Of a DNA stretch of 21,270 nucleotides, positions 1-7,580 are shown in pieces. The notes below the pieces were generated by a model, which did not search any database, was not told the DNA's origin, and worked only from the letters and a program-made list of their open reading frames with translations. The DNA comes from Promethearchaeota archaeon (GTDB lineage Archaea > Asgardarchaeota > Lokiarchaeia > Sigyniarchaeales > SOKP01). Position numbers and translations under genes: made by a program. Every line of letters begins with the position of its first letter. Position 1 is the first letter of the stretch. The stretch is from the NCBI GenBank assembly GCA_004524535.1, contig SDNY01000061.1:1-21270 (forward strand). Direction: 5' to 3'.

Positions 1-3000
1 TATATGGAGACGTATATTGACGATTTAGACGATCCCTTCACGTTTAATGACATAGAGATTGAGGCGCCTGTACCAAAGAAGCTATTAGAGTTCTCTTGGG
101 AAATGGATAACATTCCCGCAATATTTGATTCGCTAACCACTATTTCAGAGTACGGCGGCATTTCTACCGAGAACATATTAGAATCCTTTGAAACCATTAG
201 CGTTCCCGGGGTGCATACCGAATGGACCGGATTTGACGAAAATAACAAGCTTTCAATGAGCGTAATAAAAGTGGTTCCAAGGGACGGCGTGTATTATGAT
301 AATGCGTTAGAAGATTTTCCCGAAAAAACGGATGGAGCATATTATTACATGAATGGAGATTTTGATGACAACACTTTCGAAACTATTCTGGTGACTAATA
401 AGGAGGGGAACACTATAGGAGTTGGGTTTGATTATGATGGGGATAATTATTTATTTCCAAGTAAGAGAATTTTAACCGAGAAAAAGATAATTAGGTCTCA
501 TCTTTCAGATGATTCTAGAAAGGGGAGATTTAGCTTGAAAGATTTCCGAGACCATCCGATGCTCAATTATCATGACGATGATGATTATAACGGCTATTAT
601 CTTGAAAGAACTTTTTCCGATGCTTTATTTGATATTTGGAAATTGGAGGACGCGGTTATATACGACGAGATGGCACAAATAACCTACGATAGGTTTGTAG
701 AATCTCTCACGCAAAAGAAATTGGCTAAAGATGTGGTCTGGCAAGCCTTCGCAGTAGGAATTTCCGCTGTCATAGGGGCTAAAACAGGCGGTGTTGGAGG
801 GTTCTTTTGCTATATGGGGTTAAGTATCTTAAAGGGAATTAACGACCAAGGCGAGCAAGATAATTTTATCAAATCACAGAAGTTTAAGAGCGAAGAGTAT
901 AAGGGGAAGAAAACGCTTTCTAAAAAATATTCTACAGACGATGCTCTTGGAGGGATGATGACGAATTCTCTGTATGGCAACCCGCAGGGAATATATGCTC
1001 CCATAAAAGTGCAAACCGAACTATACGATTACGAGGGTGAGGTTATTTTAGCACCTGCAGGTCCATTTAAAACGGGCTGGGATTGGGGTCAATTTTTCGG
1101 GGGTTTATTCACAGATTATTGGAGTTCTGCGAGGTCTGCTAAATATGATGATGTTCATGAACCTATGGATTATTCCCTTCAGACTAGGGGATACATGGGA
1201 TATTCAGATGTAACGGTCAAACCTAAAGATGGTTGGGAAATAGAGATCTTACAAGACCAATCCTTAGGTGTAGATAATGATGATTATAGAGTAGTGCATT
1301 ATCTTGATAATATTGGTGCGTACGACAGATATCACCAGCAAATCGCCTACGCGGAAAATAATATCGTTTTCATGGAAGAACAAATAATCTCTACAACCAA
1401 AGACAAAGACGATGAGCCGTTAGATAGAGTGATCCCTTATATGTTTGATTACTTCCCTGTATTATCCTTTGTTGAGACGGAAAGCATAGGGTCTATGCCC
1501 GAGTTTTATGAAGACTATCCTTTAATGGTGGATGATAGTTCTTACGGAAAGAAAGCGAATGATCACGAGACCATATTTAAGGTCTGGGAGGCAGAATCCA
1601 GCGAAATTCGCATCATTCCTAAAACTTCGGATCATGAACTTGAACCAAGAATCTTAGATATTGAAGCGCACTTATGTTCATATAGAGGTGAGAAAAGACA
1701 TTATGCTGAAAATCCAGACTATTTTAGGGAACGGGAAATAAAGGACCTCGATAGTGACGATTATGAGTTCGTGGAGGGCAAATTAATTTTGTCAGATCGA
1801 ACCTATGCTGAATTAAAAGAAGAATTTGATGGTCGAAAGGACTCAGTTATACATACAGATCCAATCGGAGATTGGCAAGTTTATATTGTCTTTAAAATTA
1901 AATTAGAAAAATATCGTTCTATTGGCGATGATCCTGAGCTTACCAAGATCGCCGCTATGCAGAACATTCAGGCAGCCGTTCTTGAATATTATTTTCAATC
2001 CCAATTAGCTATTCAGGGTCAGGAAAAATTAAATGAAATCGCCTACACGGTGGCTGTGACTGTGTTAAGCGTTATCGGTCTCCTTGCGATGCCCGGTACA
2101 ACTGCAAAGTCAATTTTATACGAGCCATTACAGGAAGTATTCCTTGATCCTATGGTGGAGGCGGTTGCCAGCAAGTTTGCGAGAGATTTAGGAGGCGATA
2201 GATATAGCGAGATTTTTTGGAGTGTCTTAGCTGAATCTGTAAGAGAAGCTCTTACTGGTCCAGGTATAGGCACTGATCCTAGAATTGATCCTGAGATCAC
2301 AGTTAATCCAGCATTGGATCTTGATACGAAGGCGAAAATGACTAAAGCTCAGAAAGATAAGGCCAATTTTCTCGAGCAGAAATACCAAGTTCTTAAGAAA
2401 CAGAGTAAAGCTCAGAAAGTTATTGCCATTCTTGCGTGTGTGGCGGCGGCGGCATTAGGACCAGCAGGAGTATTGGTTGCTGGAACCTTATCCACAGCTT
2501 ACGGTGCTTATTCCCAGCACTCTTCTGGCAAAAAGGTTAAGACACTCTTAGACATTTTCAAGGAATCCCTTAAAGATGTACCTGTCACTCCCGAGACTAT
2601 TCCATCCTTACTTCCTAATCTAAAAAAAGGTGACAAACAAGTTAATAACCTGAAGTTATGGGTTTTAACTAAAGCTTTCGCCAAGACTATTAAAACAACC
2701 AATTTATTAGATAAACAAAAACCAATTCCTTCGCATTCTATGTATATAAAATCTAAGAAAACATACAGAACAGTAATGAAACAAGCTCTAAAAATGGCGA
2801 AATCTGTTTTGCCTGGCGAAAAGAAAGTTGAGATTATCAACGAAGATGCTCCAACAGATATAAAGTTTAAGAGAGAAATAAAATCCTTCAAATATAAGTT
2901 AAAGGATGGAGCTCTTATAGAATTGGAAGCGGAATTTGTTATTCAAGAGGGAGTTGCTCAAGAGGATTGCAATTTGTATGCATTTCGAGTTTCTACAGCA

Positions 3001-4629
3001 CTCCCAGATGAAGCGGTTAAATTTATATACATTAAGAAGGGAATGCCTTTAGGAAAAGCTAAAGCAGTTATAAGACAAGCGTATAGATTCAATCCAATAT
3101 TGAGTGTTAAGCTTTTGGCTTATAGTTATTCTCATGGGAAAGATCAACTGTTTGAAGGAAATTCATTAGATGTTCTCCAAAAAGCAAATCTTAAGATTAC
3201 CGATTCCGGCGAGATTATTGTGTTAAATTATATAAAAGTACAGGGCATACAAGCAGCTAAACTTCCTAGTGAAGAGATGAGGCAGAAAAAGAAGCGTGGA
3301 AATATAGAGAATTGGAGAACTGAATTATCTAAATTATTAAATAAATTATTTGGTGAGGATCCTTATTCTATAGATTCTTCGACAGTTCCAAGTATAAGAG
3401 CTCTAACTAAAAGATTTAATAAGCAGGGATCTAGAGGTACTTTGACTACGTTTTTGAAGAATTATTTGTTAAAATTTAATAATCCCGAAGAATTATTTAA
3501 AAAATTTTGGTCAAGTCCATCAGATCCAGAAACAATTCTCGTTAAAAAGGATTTATTATTTCAGATATTAGATAAACAATTAGTTAATTATCCTCAACAA
3601 AAAATTAGTAGTATTCATGATTTGGTAAAATTTATAAATATAAGAATTGGAAGGACAACAAGAAGATCAGTTACTAAATGGACAAGAGAATATTTCTTAA
3701 ATAAACTTATTGAGGAGAATCCTAGTCTTGATTCAACTTTAGCAGAATCTTTAGCTGATAAACTCTATTCAGAAATCTGGCCCTCTCCTAAAGAAAATCC
3801 TGTTATGTATGAGGATATTGAATCTTATATTAAAGCAAGAGGCGGTATTTTAAAGACTACTATGACTCAATTTAATGCGATGAAAGCATCGCCTACTAAT
3901 AGAAAAATAATTATAGAATGTAAAGATGGACATAAATTCTCAATTTCTGTTCATCATATGTTACATCATAATCAATGGTGTTCAAAATGTGCAATTCGTT
4001 TTTGCGAGAAGATTACAAATTTATATGTTCAAAAAATTGTTGATCATATTAGTCCTACAAAGATTAATGTAAAACAACAAATTAAATTAGAGAAGGCTTT
4101 TGGTATCTCCCCTGACAAAGGAGGACGCTTAGTTTTGGATAATCTTATTCAGAACGTGAAACTTAAAGGTAAATCGATAGATGGAGAACTTATTGAGATG
4201 ATAATTAATTTTGTTGTGGAATATGATGGCATACAACATGATAAATTCCCTAATCCTTTCCATAAAAATAAAGCTCAGTTTAATAGGCAACAAGATAGAG
4301 ATAGTCTAAAAGATGATCAAATTGAGAAGCATAAACATTTTATGGTAAGGATAAAAGCTAAGTTCGGTTTCGATCACAAAAAAATAGATCATTTTCAAGC
4401 TGAAATTATCAGGCAACTTCAAGATTGGACGGGGCTGAAATTTGAGCCTATGCCACATTGGATTTATGATAAATATACTGATACTCTTATAAATGATCCT
4501 ACTGGCGCGACAATTGATGTTCCTTTTGATGTTAATGAATTTATCACTCCTCCTTTTTCAAAGCCATGGCTTTTTGGTACTATGGACTTTTTCTTGCGTA
4601 CCAAATACTTAGGGCAGAAAAAAAGTTAA
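1..4629 (+). CDS. C-terminal part (>=1542 aa) of a giant multidomain protein; putative polymorphic toxin with a C-terminal Zn-ribbon + Vsr/DUF559-like endonuclease
   Basis: Frame is open from base 1 (TAT ATG...), so the true start is probably upstream. Acidic region with NGDFDD and DYDGD motifs (~352-444). Hydrophobic segments at 733-831, 2038-2097 and 2419-2514. Ubl-like segment at 2974-3258. CKDGH...WCSKC Zn ribbon at 3919-3990. VEYDGIQHD...QQDRD..K nuclease motif at 4216-4311. Confidence 0.8.
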   Translation, partial: YMETYIDDLDDPFTFNDIEIEAPVPKKLLEFSWEMDNIPAIFDSLTTISEYGGISTENILESFETISVPGVHTEWTGFDENNKLSMSVIKVVPRDGVYYDNALEDFPEKTDGAYYYMNGDFDDNTFETILVTNKEGNTIGVGFDYDGDNYLFPSKRILTEKKIIRSHLSDDSRKGRFSLKDFRDHPMLNYHDDDDYNGYYLERTFSDALFDIWKLEDAVIYDEMAQITYDRFVESLTQKKLAKDVVWQAFAVGISAVIGAKTGGVGGFFCYMGLSILKGINDQGEQDNFIKSQKFKSEEYKGKKTLSKKYSTDDALGGMMTNSLYGNPQGIYAPIKVQTELYDYEGEVILAPAGPFKTGWDWGQFFGGLFTDYWSSARSAKYDDVHEPMDYSLQTRGYMGYSDVTVKPKDGWEIEILQDQSLGVDNDDYRVVHYLDNIGAYDRYHQQIAYAENNIVFMEEQIISTTKDKDDEPLDRVIPYMFDYFPVLSFVETESIGSMPEFYEDYPLMVDDSSYGKKANDHETIFKVWEAESSEIRIIPKTSDHELEPRILDIEAHLCSYRGEKRHYAENPDYFREREIKDLDSDDYEFVEGKLILSDRTYAELKEEFDGRKDSVIHTDPIGDWQVYIVFKIKLEKYRSIGDDPELTKIAAMQNIQAAVLEYYFQSQLAIQGQEKLNEIAYTVAVTVLSVIGLLAMPGTTAKSILYEPLQEVFLDPMVEAVASKFARDLGGDRYSEIFWSVLAESVREALTGPGIGTDPRIDPEITVNPALDLDTKAKMTKAQKDKANFLEQKYQVLKKQSKAQKVIAILACVAAAALGPAGVLVAGTLSTAYGAYSQHSSGKKVKTLLDIFKESLKDVPVTPETIPSLLPNLKKGDKQVNNLKLWVLTKAFAKTIKTTNLLDKQKPIPSHSMYIKSKKTYRTVMKQALKMAKSVLPGEKKVEIINEDAPTDIKFKREIKSFKYKLKDGALIELEAEFVIQEGVAQEDCNLYAFRVSTALPDEAVKFIYIKKGMPLGKAKAVIRQAYRFNPILSVKLLAYSYSHGKDQLFEGNSLDVLQKANLKITDSGEIIVLNYIKVQGIQAAKLPSEEMRQKKKRGNIENWRTELSKLLNKLFGEDPYSIDSSTVPSIRALTKRFNKQGSRGTLTTFLKNYLLKFNNPEELFKKFWSSPSDPETILVKKDLLFQILDKQLVNYPQQKISSIHDLVKFINIRIGRTTRRSVTKWTREYFLNKLIEENPSLDSTLAESLADKLYSEIWPSPKENPVMYEDIESYIKARGGILKTTMTQFNAMKASPTNRKIIIECKDGHKFSISVHHMLHHNQWCSKCAIRFCEKITNLYVQKIVDHISPTKINVKQQIKLEKAFGISPDKGGRLVLDNLIQNVKLKGKSIDGELIEMIINFVVEYDGIQHDKFPNPFHKNKAQFNRQQDRDSLKDDQIEKHKHFMVRIKAKFGFDHKKIDHFQAEIIRQLQDWTGLKFEPMPHWIYDKYTDTLINDPTGATIDVPFDVNEFITPPFSKPWLFGTMDFFLRTKYLGQKKS

Positions 4630-4662
4630 ATTTAAATTTATATTTTTACGTTTAATATAATA

Positions 4663-5214
4663 ATGAGCTCTTTACCTAAAGATCTGTTTTCTGAAGAACA
4701 TAATAGGAGTTCTTTAAGTCAAATAATAAGTTTTTTTAAAAATAATGAATTAAGAATAGGAGATAAAGTATATAATTCTAAGGCACTAGAGGATGTTATA
4801 TTACTTGAAATTGTTCCTTTTGATAAGATATTACAATATGAAAGAGAAGGAATTTGTCCCTATAATGTCTTATTTGAGACAATAGAAGGTAAGAAAAAAC
4901 GTGCACCGATAGGATGTATTACTAAAATATCAGAAGGAGACTACGAAGGTAATATTGAAATTGAAAGATTTAGAAAGAATAAGATTGATTTTTTTTATTT
5001 TCTTGCTAGAAGCGAAGGTTTTAGATCAGAAAAATTGTATAGAGATTGCAAATGTATCATTAGAATTCAAGGGGATTCACAAGAACAAGTGAACCAATTT
5101 ATAAAAGATGCTATATACACTTATAATATTTATTTTGGAAGACTAGAGAATAGACGCAAGGAAAGAAGGTCGGTAAAGCCCGATAGTGTAGTGGTCAAGC
5201 ATTTGGGACTCTGA
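4663..5214 (+). CDS. Hypothetical protein, 183 aa; candidate immunity protein for the upstream nuclease tip
   Basis: Starts 33 nt after the giant ORF stop on the same strand. LRIGDKVY suggests an SH3/KOW-like N-terminal part. The last 38 nt overlap the tRNA. The immunity role is inferred from position only. Confidence 0.6.
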   Translation: MSSLPKDLFSEEHNRSSLSQIISFFKNNELRIGDKVYNSKALEDVILLEIVPFDKILQYEREGICPYNVLFETIEGKKKRAPIGCITKISEGDYEGNIEIERFRKNKIDFFYFLARSEGFRSEKLYRDCKCIIRIQGDSQEQVNQFIKDAIYTYNIYFGRLENRRKERRSVKPDSVVVKHLGL

Positions 5215-5249
5215 ATCCTTAGACCCAGGTTCGAATCCTGGTCGGGCTA
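5177..5249 (+). tRNA. tRNA-Gln (anticodon CTG), intronless, CCA not encoded
   Basis: Acceptor stem AGCCCGA/TCGGGCT with discriminator A. D arm GTGTAGTGGTCAAGCAT. Anticodon loop CT-CTG-AA (anticodon 5211-5213). T arm CCAGG-TTCGAAT-CCTGG. The A1-U72 pair is typical of archaeal tRNA-Gln. Confidence 0.96.
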
Positions 5250-5261
5250 TTTTTTATTTTT
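5250..5261 (+). terminator. Oligo-T tract after the tRNA (archaeal-type terminator)
   Basis: TTTTTTATTTTT directly follows the discriminator base. Confidence 0.5.
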
Positions 5262-5281
5262 ACCTTTAGATAATTAATTAT

Positions 5282-6907
5282 TTAAGAACCGATAAATAAA
5301 AAATAGACAGGAATTCCATCATAATCATATCGATACTTCAAAGATTCAAAAAAATGAAAATCCCCGTAATCTGGTAGATGATTGTATATTGCTTCCCTAA
5401 TATCTTTTACTCTAATTCCATCGACTCGTTTTAGTTTTAGCCATCGAGGTTGTTTAATCTTAGGAAGCGGTTGATTTAAACTTCCTTGAGGAAAGCCCGT
5501 AAAATCCAAAATTTCTACGCTTGGAATAATAAAGATTTCATCGTAAGGAAAAATTATATCGTCATCTGATTTTTCCCATTTTGATTCTATCCATCCCCAT
5601 TTATATAAATCTTCTAATTGCTCTTTTTTATCGTCGATTTCGATCAAATTCTGGTTTTTACCCATTGTAATAAAGCTAACCTCGACATCATCGCTGTAAA
5701 TATTTTTTTTCCCTCCTTTAAAATCACTTTTTTCAATCGGGGATTTTTTAATAACTTTATTATTAAATTTAATGGATTTTAAAGAGCTAAGATTAATTAC
5801 TGATTCTGGAAGCTCATTCATCCCTCCAGCAAACACTTCCAATACTTTAAGCGAAGTTAGATTCTTAAAAGATTCTGGAAGACGACGGAATTTAATAAAG
5901 TTGAGTCGAATTCTAGAATGAAAGCTAAGAGCGTTTTTATCTCCCAATCTAAGATATTCTAGAGATTTAAGGTTACCAAAAGAATCTGGCAATTCCTCTA
6001 TATCTAAATACAATAGGCTTACTTCTTTAAGAGATTGTAAATTTCCAATTGTACTTGGAATTATTTTAATATGATTTAAATGTATGGTTAACTTCTCAAG
6101 AGAAGTCAAATTTCCAATAGCATCTGGTAACTCTTCTAAATGGTTGTTAATCAACACTAACTCTTTTAAAGATTTAAGTTTTGTTAAAACTAATGGAAAG
6201 TTTCTCAGAGGATTAAAAGTTAAACTTAATAATTCGAGAGACGTTAGGTTTTCAAACGAATCTGGAAGTGATTTTAAATAATTAGAGTCTAAGTTTAACT
6301 TTTTTAAATGGGTTAAATTGCCTATTGTCTCGGGTAAAACCTTCAAATTAGAATTAACCAAATTTAATCCAACAACATGGTTATCCTCAACATATATACC
6401 ATTTAGACAATCTTTTTTTTCAATAATAGGTAATGTTCGACCTAATAATTTTTCCAAATCTTTTAAACAGTTGACTTCTTCCAGATTTAATCCGTAATTT
6501 TCGTATACTTTCGTTTTTAAGTCTTTTTCTTTCAAATTGTTGAGAATCTCTTTATCAACATAGTTTCTTAACTTATGTTTTCTTAGCTCTCTTAAAAATT
6601 CTCTAATTAAATAACCATTATTTAGTTTAATACCACAATAAACACAATAATTAGCAACCTCTTTTTTTCCAATCTCTTTGTCATATTTATATTTAATAAA
6701 GGGATATATTTCTATCATTTTTTTATCCAATTTTTCAATATCTCCTAAATTATGGAAATAATTTTGATAAAAATAATAGGTAGCCACGGGAACCTTCTTA
6801 TAACATCTATAACATTCTAAATTCCATTTATACATTTTGAAATTATTAATTTTCTTTATATCGGTTTTAATTTTTGATTTACTGAATAAAACAATATAAT
6901 CGTTCAT
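5282..6907 (-). CDS. Leucine-rich repeat protein with an N-terminal C4 Zn-binding domain and an unassigned C-terminal domain
   Basis: CYRC...YPFIK...ANYCVYCG at the N-terminus. About eight 23-aa LxxLPxxIGNLxxLxxLxL repeats (~5757-6346). C-terminus GDFHFFESL...PVYFLFIGS. Confidence 0.9.
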   Translation of the reverse strand: MNDYIVLFSKSKIKTDIKKINNFKMYKWNLECYRCYKKVPVATYYFYQNYFHNLGDIEKLDKKMIEIYPFIKYKYDKEIGKKEVANYCVYCGIKLNNGYLIREFLRELRKHKLRNYVDKEILNNLKEKDLKTKVYENYGLNLEEVNCLKDLEKLLGRTLPIIEKKDCLNGIYVEDNHVVGLNLVNSNLKVLPETIGNLTHLKKLNLDSNYLKSLPDSFENLTSLELLSLTFNPLRNFPLVLTKLKSLKELVLINNHLEELPDAIGNLTSLEKLTIHLNHIKIIPSTIGNLQSLKEVSLLYLDIEELPDSFGNLKSLEYLRLGDKNALSFHSRIRLNFIKFRRLPESFKNLTSLKVLEVFAGGMNELPESVINLSSLKSIKFNNKVIKKSPIEKSDFKGGKKNIYSDDVEVSFITMGKNQNLIEIDDKKEQLEDLYKWGWIESKWEKSDDDIIFPYDEIFIIPSVEILDFTGFPQGSLNQPLPKIKQPRWLKLKRVDGIRVKDIREAIYNHLPDYGDFHFFESLKYRYDYDGIPVYFLFIGS

Positions 6908-7153
6908 AATTTTTATCTTATAAAATCATTTTGTCTTACTTTTATTGGTATTTAGAAATTTTTAGTATTTTTGGTTATTTCATATTTATTTGAATTATAT
7001 TTGAATTTCTAATATAATAAATCTACCTGATCATTTGTATTCTATTATATATAAAAGAAATTCCGTGCTGGGCTATATTTGTTTCTCTAAATATTCCTTT
7101 ATATAGTTGTTTTGATAAAATTCTTTTTTATGCACTTTTAAGCTAAGAATTTT

Positions 7154-7512
7154 TTATCCTGTACGTTTAATTATATGATAACCAAATTGAGTTTTAACAG
7201 GTTGAGATATTTCACCAATCTTTAATTTAGTACAAGCGTTCCAGAATTCAGATACCATTTTTCCTTTGGGAAATTCTCCTAAGTTGCCTCCTTTATTCTT
7301 ACTCGGGCACTCAGAATACTGTCTTGCGAGTTTTTCAAAGCTTTCACCAGCTTGCAAATCTTCATAAATTTCTTGTGCCCTACTTAGCTTATTAACTAAT
7401 ATATGGCTTGCTTTTATTTTTCCCCCTTTTATTGGGCTCCTCCTTTTCCTGCGGAGCCCTTTGATGCTCCACCCTTTTTTTGCATCCCTTTTCCATATTT
7501 TGGTTTTCCCAT
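7154..7512 (-). CDS. Parvulin-type peptidyl-prolyl isomerase (Par14/PIN4-like), interrupted by a 1-nt frameshift in the 5' part
   Basis: Parvulin motifs [32 protein letters not shown] and [11 protein letters not shown]. The ATG at 7512 reads [27 protein letters not shown] to TAA at 7431-7429. The catalytic frame is -1 relative to it and has no start upstream of ASHILV. The span is 359 nt, one short of 120 codons. Confidence 0.88.
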
Positions 7513-7580
7513 AATTTCAAACCTAAAATTATCTGTTAATTTTATTAATATTATTAAGTGTTCAAGTTAAGAAAAAGTAG

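Larger units (their letters stand above)
1..5249 (+). mobile_element. Possible right end of a tRNA-associated integrated element carrying a giant gene
   Basis: The giant gene body is visibly more GC-rich than the rest of the window and the unit abuts a tRNA. No integrase or second att copy is visible in this window. Confidence 0.3.

Noticed and set aside
1852-1875. HTDPIGDW, resembling the RHS DPxG autocleavage motif
   Set aside because: Lacks the upstream PxxxxDPxG proline and there are no YD repeats.
810-2891. Minus-strand ORFs 810-1004, 2043-2300 and 2508-2891
   Set aside because: Antisense shadows of the giant ORF with no recognisable motifs.
5757-6346. 69-nt periodicity as a DNA tandem repeat
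   Set aside because: Explained by the diverged 23-aa LRR coding repeats.
7154-7357. 67-aa parvulin as given in the ORF track
   Set aside because: Omits the conserved ASHILV strand; the gene extends to about 7512.
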